The position numbers were made by a program, and so were the translations under genes. Under the pieces are notes generated by a model that saw nothing but the letters and a program-made list of their open reading frames with translations, was not told where the DNA came from and made no database searches. A DNA stretch of 64,000 bases from Candidatus Hadarchaeota archaeon (lineage in GTDB: Archaea; CAYQAE01; CAYVLA01), in assembly GCA_964621445.1 (NCBI GenBank), contig CAZUNO010000002.1, positions 96,001-160,000 on the forward strand, in the 5' to 3' direction. Below, one piece after another: positions 38,333 through 48,292 of the stretch (position 1 is the first letter of the stretch; every line of letters begins with the position of its first letter).

Positions 38333-41300
38333 ATCCCATTCCTGGCGCCAAACGTCTTCAGGCCGAATACTAGGACCATGCAGCCTATCAATAGGCTCAA
38401 AACGGCAAGCGGGAACGTGTTCCCGGTGGATGTCCTGAATCCAACATCCCCGGAAGGCTCTTCCATATTTTCATCTCCAAAGCGCGATGCGACCTCGCCG
38501 CTTACCTGGAAGTCCACCCCCCTCGCCTCCGTTCTGACCTCGGGCTTGTAGTAGGAATATGCCGTGCTTGTCCCTCCCTTGGCCTTTACCGGTAGCAATG
38601 CCCTTATGTCAAACCCTATCTCGAGTTCCTCGCCTCTCTGAAGATCGTCGACATAGAAGATCACCTTCCTTCCACCTATCTCGTATCGGGTGGCCAGTCC
38701 ATCGGAAATTACCTGTTCGAGGCTGGAGTGCACGGGGGAGAATCCCGTGGGAACCGAAATGTCCAGGATCATCATGCCCGTCGAGTTGTAGGCCCCGGTG
38801 TATCTTGCCCTGGCAAGAACGTGAACTATGTCGTCCACCTCCACGCTTGTGGTATTGTATTCGATATCGAGCTCGAATTCGGGATTCGGATTCAAATCGC
38901 CAGGAAGGTTGAATCTCTTGGCCAGCTGAATTGTTACCTCACCCTCCCCCTTCATCTCGACAACCAGCTCCTCTCCTGCCAACGGGATGTCAATCACGTT
39001 TAGGACATCGAAGTTCTCCGCGGTTAGTTCCAGCGTGGTTAGCTTCTCGCCATCGACCTTTACCTCTATGGAGGAGTCAATGGTTCGAGTCTGCAGGCGT
39101 GCCGCCTTCATCAAGGCCTTCAAAGCCCACACCGTGTCCTGGGTGCTGCAGAAGCCACCCAAGGAGTTCCTCTGAGATGACAGCCAACGTACGGCTTGTT
39201 CGGCCTCTGACCTGCCCTCCAACATGAGTGCAAGAGCGGCGTAGGAAGTCGTCTCCACCGCATTTGATCTCTCTGACCCAGCGGCCCAGAATATCCCATG
39301 CTCATCCGTTCGGGCCATTTCCAGAAGGCGGCTTATCGCCTGCTCTGCATGGGGAGAACCAACCTTCTCCAGAAGAAGGGCCGCCAGGGCAAGAGTGTAG
39401 GGGTCCTCGGCCTGGATGGCGTTCTCCTCGATATACTGCACGGCCGCCTGAAGGCTGTCCTCGGCATTTCCATAATCTGATAGTGCTATGCCCACAAATG
39501 CAGTTAGAGCACTTCTGGACGATGGATCAAGACCACCAAGCATCTCCTGGTGACAAACGAAGCCAACGGGACTGAAGGAGCCGTTTCCATTTTGATGATC
39601 CCCAATCCAGGAGGCAGCATCCGAGAGCACGGTACTATCTATGCTCATTACCTCCCTGCATTCGCTGAAGATATCCAGGACAAATGAGGTCAGGAAGAGA
39701 CTGCCCTGGTCATCGTTTTCACCGAATGCCGAGAAGGATCCATCGCTCCTTCGGAAGGTCAGCTCTCGCTGGTAGCCGGTGGTCAAGAAATGCTCGGCCT
39801 TGGCCCTTATCTCCGGCTTGATTTGCCCGGTTGCATCCAGGTACCGGAGAATCTCCAGATCAGGGGCCATGAACATCATGTTCTGTTCCCCACACCCGTA
39901 GGGCATACCCAAAAGATCGTCCACCCCGTTGATGGTCTGTGCAACCATGCTTGGAGTAACTGCAAGCTGGATAGTTCCAGAGTCATCTACCATGGCCGGA
40001 GGCATGCTTAGATTGAATTTAAGGGGGCTATCCTCGGTGATTATGTCGTTTACCACCGTTTCACAGGGAGTTCCCTCGGGCTCCACCCGTATGTTCCTCT
40101 TAACCGCGTCCGCCCTCTCATGAGTACGGGCCGTTATCTCTATCTTGAACTGGCCAACCTTCTCCGGCCTGATGGTGAAACCTATTGAGGCCACGGAGTT
40201 ACCGGGAACGGTTACGATCTTTACCCTTTCATCAACTAGTTGGAACCACGAGTCCTCCTTTAGCTCCACCTGCACCTTCTGACTGTTCTCCACGTAATTG
40301 TAGATCTGTACCAATACCGGGAACTCCTCGCCCCGGGTAACTGCATAGGGCAGGTCAGGCTCCACGAAGAAATCCTGGAAAACCTTTAGCGAGCCTTCCG
40401 TCATCCCTATGCCCTGGGGGGAGGAGCTGACGGCGTGCAGCTTCCAGGTGGTTATGGTGTCGGGGGCAGTTAGCTTGACGCTGGCCCGGCCGGTCTCGTC
40501 GGTCATCAGGGTCGGGTTCCAGTACCAGGTTTCAGGGAAAAACTGCCTAACCCGCTTTACCTCGGCCAATTCGCTGTCCTGACCGGCGGATTGGGATTTT
40601 GGCGCGGCAAAATTATCTCCACCGGCCGCCTCCAGAACCTGTAATCCATCCCTACGTAACCAATCGGGCTGGCCCTGGGGCACATCCAAGGAGCTCGAGG
40701 TCATGACCTGAATACCCGCATCCTCGAAAACCTCCATTGATCCTCGTCTCTCCGTTAAAGGCCACAGGCGGTGGCCATCGGGATGAGCCTCGGCCTGAGG
40801 ACGCATGAAGATCTTCTCCAGCTCGTTGAAAACCTGTTTTAGGTTGAGCCTCCCCTCGTTCAGGGCATATACCGATTCATCCACTATGGACAGGCCTATC
40901 ATGGTGGCAACGCCTGAGCTCGATTCGATGTCCAATGTGACCTCTTCTCCCGGTTCGCATTTATCCTTGGAAAACTCCGCCGACAGATTCACGGGGTTTA
41001 CCAGGTCAACGTCGAAGGGAATCGAGTCCGCGGCCACCTCCAGGTTGGGATTTATCACGTAGGCAACCAGCTTGGCCTTGGGCATCATATCGGGAGTTAC
41101 CTTGAAGGAGATATACCTCCCATCAGCATAACCCGAGTGTATGGTCCTGCCACCTGATACCACATCATAATAGGCATTTCTATCTGCGGTGGTCAAGACC
41201 TCGAATGTGACCTCTTCCCCCACACTCACCTCGGCAGGCGAGATCTGCACTATGTGAACGAAGTAGCCACCCGGGGAGTACTGTGCATTTAAGGTGATCT

Positions 41301-42588
41301 GATTCTCGGATTCCGATCCCGGAAGGCTGGCCTTTAGATCGGCACTCGTACATTTGTCCGGCACATCGATCTCGACCGTGGTCATGCCCCTGAAGGTATT
41401 CACGCTTCGGGTTGTCCTGGTTGTCTTTCCGTTCTCCAGGCGATATACGACCTCGAATTCAACGCTTTTATCCAGGGGTTCTCCGTCCGGGGTCTCTGTT
41501 ACTATCATTACATCCATGGGTAGACCAGGCTTTACGGTCTGGCTGGCGGGGATTACCTGAATCACGGTCGGGGAGTCGGCTACCTTGAGAAGCTTTGTGT
41601 CCTTCTCCTCATGTCCCGCTCCATCGGTTACCGTGACATTTAGAATGACGCTGCCCAGGCCACCGGAACCGACGGTACCGGCAAGATACCCGGCCGCGGG
41701 GATTTCGAACTCGGCGACGCCGTTGGAAAGCCTTGAGTTGAATGTCGCGAACTTCTCCCAGTGAGCAACGTACTTGTAGGCCTCCACGAAAACGGTTCCC
41801 TCAACCGGTTTTCCGAAAAAGTACTCGGCATTTACCTGACCAGTTATCTCTTCATCGACCAGGAACCATCCCTTGGGCGTCTCCACACCTACATCGAATT
41901 TTGGAAGAACGTATTTCTCCACCCTGAAATCCACAGTGGCCGTTCCCGATTCGCTGTTTGCAGTTATCTTCCATGTTCCGGTGTTTACCTCTTTAGCCAG
42001 CGAAAGCTCGAAACTGGCCACACCAAATTCGTTGGCCGAGAGCTCCTTTCGGAATACCTTTATGCCTTTTGCATCGGATATGGATACGTTGATTTTCGTT
42101 TCAGTCGGTTTCAGGTCGGCGCTTAAGGCCAGCACGCGGCCGTAGAGGGTCTGACCTGGCTTGTAGATAGGCTTGTCGGTTTCTATTAACAGGGCTACCG
42201 AATCCGCCAATATTACCTCTCCCGATACGTGCTCTCTATCGTCCCTCCCGGCGAGGACCAGGTCGTAGGTCCCCTTCTCGATACCGGGAACATCGAAGCG
42301 TGCTATTAGATGTCCATCAGGTCCAGTTCTCCCCCTAAAAAGCTCCACCTCTTTCTCCTGATTTCTGATGAAAAGCGATACCCTGCGGTCAACCGGCCTA
42401 CCGGTATCGGGAGAGAAGGAAGAAATGCTAACCGAGGACTCAGTGCCTACATAAAACCTGTTTGGGGCCAGCACAATAAACTCGGCCGATGCGGCCTTTC
42501 CAACCATGAGGGTGGGAGATATAATCTGTAAAAAAAGAAACAGGCAGACGACCAGAGAGCCATATCGATTTTCCGTCAAAGCAATCAC
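38329..42588 (-). CDS. Alpha-2-macroglobulin/CD109-like thioester-containing protein, secreted with a C-terminal TM anchor
   Basis: Signal peptide ..AASA; TDKPIYKPGQ; YVLPKF; FPETW; PDTITTW; MPYGCGEQNM; DGSFSAFG; GGFCSTQDT; receptor-binding-domain motifs VPTGF and YSYYKP; C-terminal hydrophobic helix. Confidence 0.93.
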   Translation of the reverse strand: MIALTENRYGSLVVCLFLFLQIISPTLMVGKAASAEFIVLAPNRFYVGTESSVSISSFSPDTGRPVDRRVSLFIRNQEKEVELFRGRTGPDGHLIARFDVPGIEKGTYDLVLAGRDDREHVSGEVILADSVALLIETDKPIYKPGQTLYGRVLALSADLKPTETKINVSISDAKGIKVFRKELSANEFGVASFELSLAKEVNTGTWKITANSESGTATVDFRVEKYVLPKFDVGVETPKGWFLVDEEITGQVNAEYFFGKPVEGTVFVEAYKYVAHWEKFATFNSRLSNGVAEFEIPAAGYLAGTVGSGGLGSVILNVTVTDGAGHEEKDTKLLKVADSPTVIQVIPASQTVKPGLPMDVMIVTETPDGEPLDKSVEFEVVYRLENGKTTRTTRSVNTFRGMTTVEIDVPDKCTSADLKASLPGSESENQITLNAQYSPGGYFVHIVQISPAEVSVGEEVTFEVLTTADRNAYYDVVSGGRTIHSGYADGRYISFKVTPDMMPKAKLVAYVINPNLEVAADSIPFDVDLVNPVNLSAEFSKDKCEPGEEVTLDIESSSGVATMIGLSIVDESVYALNEGRLNLKQVFNELEKIFMRPQAEAHPDGHRLWPLTERRGSMEVFEDAGIQVMTSSSLDVPQGQPDWLRRDGLQVLEAAGGDNFAAPKSQSAGQDSELAEVKRVRQFFPETWYWNPTLMTDETGRASVKLTAPDTITTWKLHAVSSSPQGIGMTEGSLKVFQDFFVEPDLPYAVTRGEEFPVLVQIYNYVENSQKVQVELKEDSWFQLVDERVKIVTVPGNSVASIGFTIRPEKVGQFKIEITARTHERADAVKRNIRVEPEGTPCETVVNDIITEDSPLKFNLSMPPAMVDDSGTIQLAVTPSMVAQTINGVDDLLGMPYGCGEQNMMFMAPDLEILRYLDATGQIKPEIRAKAEHFLTTGYQRELTFRRSDGSFSAFGENDDQGSLFLTSFVLDIFSECREVMSIDSTVLSDAASWIGDHQNGNGSFSPVGFVCHQEMLGGLDPSSRSALTAFVGIALSDYGNAEDSLQAAVQYIEENAIQAEDPYTLALAALLLEKVGSPHAEQAISRLLEMARTDEHGIFWAAGSERSNAVETTSYAALALMLEGRSEAEQAVRWLSSQRNSLGGFCSTQDTVWALKALMKAARLQTRTIDSSIEVKVDGEKLTTLELTAENFDVLNVIDIPLAGEELVVEMKGEGEVTIQLAKRFNLPGDLNPNPEFELDIEYNTTSVEVDDIVHVLARARYTGAYNSTGMMILDISVPTGFSPVHSSLEQVISDGLATRYEIGGRKVIFYVDDLQRGEELEIGFDIRALLPVKAKGGTSTAYSYYKPEVRTEARGVDFQVSGEVASRFGDENMEEPSGDVGFRTSTGNTFPLAVLSLLIGCMVLVFGLKTFGARNGI

Positions 42589-42766
42589 CAGTTGAGTTCC
42601 ATATTGAAGTCAAGAGCTGGCAAAAAAGGGGGCCTAAGCTCCTAACACGGTAATTTCATTGCCTGAAACAATACATAATGGTTGCATGAAACGGTGTGAA
42701 CCAACGGGGGGAATGGTCCACATAGTGATTCAGGTTAGCCCTAACATACTAGATATCTAGCTGAAG

Positions 42767-43534
42767 CTAGTCCTCAAAGAAACGCATTAGCTCAATGGGT
42801 ACGGGGATAACCACGGTTGTGGGTTTGTCGGTGGTCGCATCGGTGATGGCCCCCATTAGTCTTAGCTGCAGCGCTCCGGGACTCTCGGTCATTATCTTGG
42901 TAGCCTTTGCCAGCTTCTCCGACGCCTGTTTCTCTCCCTGGGCAGTGATGACCCTAGACCGTCTTCCTCGTTCCGCCTCGGCCTGCCTGGCCATGGCCCT
43001 CTTCATGTCCTGAGGCACCTCGACGTTCTTGATTTCCACACCTGAAACCTTGATCCCCCATGGGTCAGTGGCTTCATCAACTGATGATTGGAGTTCCCGG
43101 TTTAGATCCTCCCTCTCGGTCAACAGCTGATCAAGAAAGGCCGTTCCGATTACGTTCCTCAAGCTGGTCTGTGAATACAGGGACGTCGCGGCAATGTAAT
43201 TCTCAACCTGGGTAACGGCGTTTTCGGGGTCCATTACCCTCATATATATCACTGCGTCCACTTTCACGGGAACGTTATCCCGGGTTATGACCTCCTGGGT
43301 GGGTACATCGAGTACCATGGTCCTGAGGTCGATCTTGACCATCTTCTCGAAAAATGGTATTACGAAGAACAGGCCAGGGCCACGAGCTCCGACCAGCCTA
43401 CCTAGCCTAAATATCACGCCTCTCTCGTACTCACGTACTATCTTGATCGCCCAAGCGATGAAGATGAGAAAGAGGAAAACAAGCGCTGCTGCGGGAAGGA
43501 GCCAGTCAGCCATGGAATCAACCAATCCGTTCAA
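42767..43534 (-). CDS. Stomatin/SPFH (slipin) family protein
   Basis: EYERGVIFRLGR, GPGL, ITRDNV, WGIKV..VEIK, MARQAEAER. Confidence 0.93.
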   Translation of the reverse strand: MNGLVDSMADWLLPAAALVFLFLIFIAWAIKIVREYERGVIFRLGRLVGARGPGLFFVIPFFEKMVKIDLRTMVLDVPTQEVITRDNVPVKVDAVIYMRVMDPENAVTQVENYIAATSLYSQTSLRNVIGTAFLDQLLTEREDLNRELQSSVDEATDPWGIKVSGVEIKNVEVPQDMKRAMARQAEAERGRRSRVITAQGEKQASEKLAKATKIMTESPGALQLRLMGAITDATTDKPTTVVIPVPIELMRFFED

Positions 43535-43580
43535 CTAAATTTCGCGCTTTCCTCATAAATATATTTGTCATAAGCCAGAA

Positions 43581-44804
43581 CTAGTGGCCGCCGACTCGCC
43601 CCAGGGCAACCTCCACCGCTTCCACCAGGTCATCCAACTCGCGGTCGGTATAGTTGGTGCTATTGGGCAGGACGATGTTCCTCTTCAGGGAATCCTCAAG
43701 TACCGGGCAGGGCTGGGTGTCATTGAAATCGTTTAGGGGTGAGGTGAAGGGCCAACCAGACCGATTTATGGTTTCCCTCTTCTTGAAAAGATCCAGATCG
43801 TATGCCGGTCTACCACCGTAAATGAGACCAGCCGGGACTCCCTCCTCCTTTATGAGCTCTATCAGACCCGGGGCATCTATATTCATGTCATCCGGTATCC
43901 GATAAATCATCCCGTAGTAAACTGGCTTTGATCCGGGAATGACCTTTCTGGGTATGAGCCCCAATTTTTCAACCATCTTGTTGACATAATTAGCATTTTT
44001 GTTCACGATCTCAACGATCCTATCGAGCTTTCGGACCTGGGCCAGAGCCACAGCGCCCTGTAGCTCCGACATTCGATAATTGGTTCCCAGAGGCGCTCCT
44101 TCTTCCCGCGTGAGGCGATTATTCCCGTGATCATGGTAACGAATGGCGTTATCGTAGAGGGTGGGGTCATCGGTGGTCACTATGCCTCCCTCTCCGGAGG
44201 TCGCCATCTTGTTGAGCTGGAAACTAAAGCAACCGATATCCCCCAGGGACCCAACTTTTCCTCCCTTAAACTCGGACCCGTGGGCATGGGAAGCGTCCTC
44301 TACCAGGTAAAGGTCGTTCTCCTCAGCCACATCGCGGAGTCCATCCATGTCCGCCGGGAAGCCCAGCAGGTGAACCGGGACTATGGCCTTGGTCCTTGGG
44401 GTTACCGCCTGACGGACTGCATCGGGGTCAAGATTGAGGGTCTCGCCCTCCACATCCGCAAATACCGGCACTCCCCCGCACAGGAGGACGGGGCTGATAT
44501 TGGCAATGAAGGTCACCGGGGGCACTATTACCTCCTCCCCGGGCCCTATTCCGCAGGACTTGACCCCTAGGTGAACCGCTGCCGTTCCGCTGGAGACCCC
44601 AAGCGCGTACTCTGTTCCCACATATTCCGAAAATTCGCTCTCGAAATCCAAAACCTTATTCTGCGGGTCGGGACCATAGAAGCGAAATAGGGATTTGGAC
44701 TCCATTACCTCCCTAACTTCCTTCATCTCCTCCTCCCCTATCAGATTCACGCCAAATCCAGTATACGGCCAAGGTTCAGTTCGAACGGGATCGTCCTCTG
44801 GCAC
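43581..44804 (-). CDS. DegT/DnrJ/EryC1/StrS PLP aminotransferase
   Basis: SSGTAA, TFIA, VEDASHA, FSFQLNK, GEGG, NYRMSELQGA. Confidence 0.92.
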   Translation of the reverse strand: MPEDDPVRTEPWPYTGFGVNLIGEEEMKEVREVMESKSLFRFYGPDPQNKVLDFESEFSEYVGTEYALGVSSGTAAVHLGVKSCGIGPGEEVIVPPVTFIANISPVLLCGGVPVFADVEGETLNLDPDAVRQAVTPRTKAIVPVHLLGFPADMDGLRDVAEENDLYLVEDASHAHGSEFKGGKVGSLGDIGCFSFQLNKMATSGEGGIVTTDDPTLYDNAIRYHDHGNNRLTREEGAPLGTNYRMSELQGAVALAQVRKLDRIVEIVNKNANYVNKMVEKLGLIPRKVIPGSKPVYYGMIYRIPDDMNIDAPGLIELIKEEGVPAGLIYGGRPAYDLDLFKKRETINRSGWPFTSPLNDFNDTQPCPVLEDSLKRNIVLPNSTNYTDRELDDLVEAVEVALGRVGGH

Positions 44805-44862
44805 TTTACCACCTGCTAAGACATGGATGAATGGTTTAATATAAGTGGCCTGCGATTCTGCC

Positions 44863-45840
44863 TTATTGATTCCAGCGTTTTAGGCCCCAGAAAACCAACG
44901 AGAACAATATGAATGGCGGAGTAAACTCCGGAATTTCAATGTTATCCACCAGAGACTCGAACTCATTTAGATGCAGTTGGTAGCCCTTGCCCTTACTTGT
45001 ATATATAAGGCTCAAAACCTTTTCTCCACAATCAAGCATCTCATATCTGGCCTTCACCTGGGAATGATTGGGCAAGGAATACGTGTACTCCATTATCCTG
45101 TTACCCAGATCGTGAATGATTTCCTGGCTCTCAAAAAGGATTTCAACATTGGACATGGTCTCCCGCATCCCTTCCTTCTGGACCTCCAGGTATTCATCCA
45201 AGCTACCAGACCAGGTTTCGGATAGGAGCACAATATTTGTCTGAAAGCGGTCCTCCAGTGGCCCATAGAAGATAACCCCATTATTTAGGGTCTGCTCATC
45301 CACTGCCCAGCCAACCGGATAGGTTAAATTCAGGTCCGGGTTCAGGTAACTATATTTGGGATCGAAGAAGCTAAGGGTGGATAACGATTCCTGGAACAAT
45401 GGAAGGTAATGCTCGTATTGCCCTTTTGATGCTACATATGCCAGGTCATAGTACCTCCGTCCATATCGGATTATGATCTCCTTCATCTTGACCTCTGTGG
45501 ACCCTTGCTGCCAGGAGCATATCAAAACCTGAGCCGGTAAATCCTTAAAGGTCGTATTACGATCAGACAAAACCACGAAATCGGAGAATATCTCCCGACA
45601 GTTTTCCCGGATGCCCCTGACTGTATCCTGAAGCGTTGATCTTGGGTTATCGAAGACATCGATGCTTAGTCTTGGGGAGAATCCATCACTCTGGCTCATG
45701 AACAGGGCCAGGACATATGGGTTTTGTGACTCTCTCCAGCCCGGTGGCTGCTGTATGGAGAAACCCCATGATTCGCTTTGGTACGCCCAACAATGGGGTA
45801 TCAACACGATTGAAGCCAACAATATCCAGGTGATCTTCAT
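44863..45840 (-). CDS. Secreted tandem PsbP/DcrB-like domain protein with a PEF-CTERM-like anchor
   Basis: Signal peptide, two domains beginning FSIQQPPGW and LTYPVGW, C-terminal IPEF-TM-KR. Confidence 0.7.
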   Translation of the reverse strand: MKITWILLASIVLIPHCWAYQSESWGFSIQQPPGWRESQNPYVLALFMSQSDGFSPRLSIDVFDNPRSTLQDTVRGIRENCREIFSDFVVLSDRNTTFKDLPAQVLICSWQQGSTEVKMKEIIIRYGRRYYDLAYVASKGQYEHYLPLFQESLSTLSFFDPKYSYLNPDLNLTYPVGWAVDEQTLNNGVIFYGPLEDRFQTNIVLLSETWSGSLDEYLEVQKEGMRETMSNVEILFESQEIIHDLGNRIMEYTYSLPNHSQVKARYEMLDCGEKVLSLIYTSKGKGYQLHLNEFESLVDNIEIPEFTPPFILFSLVFWGLKRWNQ

Positions 45841-45970
45841 TATCCCCAGCTTAGGGAAAAGATTCTGAAAAATAGGGCACCATCGGGCGACAAATTTTCG
45901 GGACACTCACAAAAAAAACCCCTCGCCGGGACTCTCGGGAACATTTTCGAAGGTCCCCACCCCAGGTCCC

Positions 45971-46885
45971 ATGATGGCCATTCACGAGGTAGTGATCCAG
46001 ATACTTCTACCCATCTCTCTTGGTTTCGTACTCCGCCAAACAGGTATGTTTGGGGATGAGCAATCTGCGGTTTTACGAAAACTGGTGGTCTATGTCAGCA
46101 TACCGCTCCTGGTCTTCCACTCCATGTACACCTCGGCCCTGCCCTCCTTGAGCCAGGCCATCTCCATTGTAGCCGCCCTTCCAATATTGACCCTGCTTTT
46201 CCACCTGGCAGGAAGCATCATTAGCCGGCTCTTGCCCCTTAAGCATGCGAAGCGGATGGCCCTTCTCGCTGCCATTACCTTTGGCAACTACGGCTGGTTG
46301 GGTTGGAGCGCTGCCTTCACCGTCTTTGGCGAGAAGGGCCTTAACCAGGCATTCTTCTTCACTCTCCTCTGGTGGCCGGTTTTCTACGGGTTTGGAGCGT
46401 TAACCGGAATCCGATCCCGAACCAAGAAATCCATCAGCCCGCGATCAGTGGCCATTGTCACCGCTTTGCCCGTCAGCTGCATATCAGCGGGAATCGTGCT
46501 CAATCTCGCTTCCATCGCAATCCCCGAGTTTCTCCTGACCTCGGTTTCCAGCATAGGGGACACCACCATACCCCTCATACTCATATCGGTGGGTATGGGG
46601 CTGAATATGGATAACATAAGAAGACTGCTACCGGCAGCACTCCTAGTTTCCGCAATACGCCTGGGACTGGGCCCCCTAATGGGAATTCTGACCTCGGAGG
46701 TGCTTCCCGTAGGGGATTTGGGCACTGATGTTGTAATTCTTCTGAGTGCAATGCCGGTAGCCACGGTCACCCCAATTCTCTGCGACTACTTCGAGATGGA
46801 CAGGGACCTGATATCGGTATCCATTGTAGTTTCCACGGTGCTTTCCCTGGGAACTCTCCCCCTAGTACTCATGATCATCGGTTGA
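45971..46885 (+). CDS. AEC (auxin efflux carrier) family transporter
   Basis: About 10 TM segments, FGNYG, IPLILISVG, AMPVA, STVLSL.TLP. Confidence 0.88.
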   Translation: MMAIHEVVIQILLPISLGFVLRQTGMFGDEQSAVLRKLVVYVSIPLLVFHSMYTSALPSLSQAISIVAALPILTLLFHLAGSIISRLLPLKHAKRMALLAAITFGNYGWLGWSAAFTVFGEKGLNQAFFFTLLWWPVFYGFGALTGIRSRTKKSISPRSVAIVTALPVSCISAGIVLNLASIAIPEFLLTSVSSIGDTTIPLILISVGMGLNMDNIRRLLPAALLVSAIRLGLGPLMGILTSEVLPVGDLGTDVVILLSAMPVATVTPILCDYFEMDRDLISVSIVVSTVLSLGTLPLVLMIIG

Positions 46886-46887
46886 AC

Positions 46888-47850
46888 CTAGCTCCATTTC
46901 CAGTCCATCTTCTTCTCTACGTTCTTGATTTCCTCAATGGAGGGCGAGCCCTCCATGGGCCCCATCTTGGTTATGGCAAAGGAGCCCACGGTATTTCCCA
47001 TCCTACCACATTCAACCAAGGATTTCCCGGAAACAAAGCTAGTGGTAAAACCGGCATCGAAGCAGTCACCGGCCCCAGTGGGGTCAACCCTTTCTCTTAG
47101 CCGTTCGATCGGGAAAGGCGGTACGAATACCTCCTCTTCCCGGCCAAATACGCGGCAGCCGTCCGAACCCAGCTTCAGGGCTACAACATTGGCTCTATCC
47201 AAAAGGGACCTGCAGGCCTCATCGCTATCCTCTATGCCCGTGAGCATGCTGGCCTCCTCCCCGCTAGGCAGGACCACATCACAAATCTCCAGGACTGGCT
47301 CGCATATCTCCCTTACCCGTTCAATACCCAAGAGCTCAGGTCTCAGGTTGGGGTCCAGGCTTATCTTTCCACCCTGGTCCTTAACCATTTCCATGGCCCG
47401 GTAGCAGGCATCCCTGCTTGAGTCGCTGGTGGAAAGGGCCGAGCCCATGAGATGAAGTAGTTTGGTGCCTGATAGGTAATCAGCGTTCACATTCTTAGGC
47501 GAAAGCGTACCCGCGGCGGAGTATCTCAGGTGAAAGATGAATTTCCGGGAGCCATCCTGGTTGTAGGAAACGAAGGCACAGCCGGTGGTATGCCCCTCCC
47601 TCCTGGTCACGCCCGAGACATCGACCCCGTTCTCCTCCAGCCTGTTCTCCACTACATCACCAAAATCGTCGGGTCCTAGAACCCCGATGAATCCGGTATC
47701 GGCCCCAAGCTTGGCCGCCGCGTCAATGTAAATGGCTGGAGCACCGCTCGGATAGGGACCCATGAACTCAGCCGGCTCATTTAGAGGAACCCCGACCTTT
47801 TTACGCATTATCTCTACCAGCATCTCACCCATACATACTATCTCAGGCAT
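46888..47850 (-). CDS. PfkB family sugar kinase
   Basis: GEMLVE, SGAPA, DPNLRP, DPTGAGDCFDAG. Confidence 0.92.
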   Translation of the reverse strand: MPEIVCMGEMLVEIMRKKVGVPLNEPAEFMGPYPSGAPAIYIDAAAKLGADTGFIGVLGPDDFGDVVENRLEENGVDVSGVTRREGHTTGCAFVSYNQDGSRKFIFHLRYSAAGTLSPKNVNADYLSGTKLLHLMGSALSTSDSSRDACYRAMEMVKDQGGKISLDPNLRPELLGIERVREICEPVLEICDVVLPSGEEASMLTGIEDSDEACRSLLDRANVVALKLGSDGCRVFGREEEVFVPPFPIERLRERVDPTGAGDCFDAGFTTSFVSGKSLVECGRMGNTVGSFAITKMGPMEGSPSIEEIKNVEKKMDWKWS

Positions 47851-47851
47851 T

Positions 47852-48283
47852 TCACTCACCCAAAACCTGTACGCAGTACTTCCTATGCAGGGGGCCATCG
47901 GTCTCAACGAAATATATGGTCTGCCTACCTCCCCTTACGATCTCTCCGTTCTCGATTGGGAACATGGTGTTAATCCCGGTAAGCATTCCTCTTAGATGGC
48001 AGTGGGCATTTACTCCTAAACGGCCGTCAAAATCTAGATACCTCGCATGGTGGTAGTCCAGATCCTCGGGTATCAGCCTCTCAAGGGTATCGACGGTATC
48101 TTCCTCCAGGCAGGGTATCCCCTCGTTAACGGTGATACCGCTGGTGGTATGCATGGTGATCACGTTGACCACCCCGTTCTGGACCTCGGACCTCTCCACC
48201 ACCTTAACCACTTCTTCCGTTATATCTATGAGCTGCATCTCCTTGGTGCTTTGCACGTCCAGTTTCTCAAGATGTATCTTCAT
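47852..48283 (-). CDS. YjbQ (UPF0047) family protein
   Basis: DITEEV, HTTSGITVNE, NAHCH, Q.IYFVE.DGP. Confidence 0.9.
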   Translation of the reverse strand: MKIHLEKLDVQSTKEMQLIDITEEVVKVVERSEVQNGVVNVITMHTTSGITVNEGIPCLEEDTVDTLERLIPEDLDYHHARYLDFDGRLGVNAHCHLRGMLTGINTMFPIENGEIVRGGRQTIYFVETDGPLHRKYCVQVLGE

Positions 48284-48292
48284 TTTAGACCC

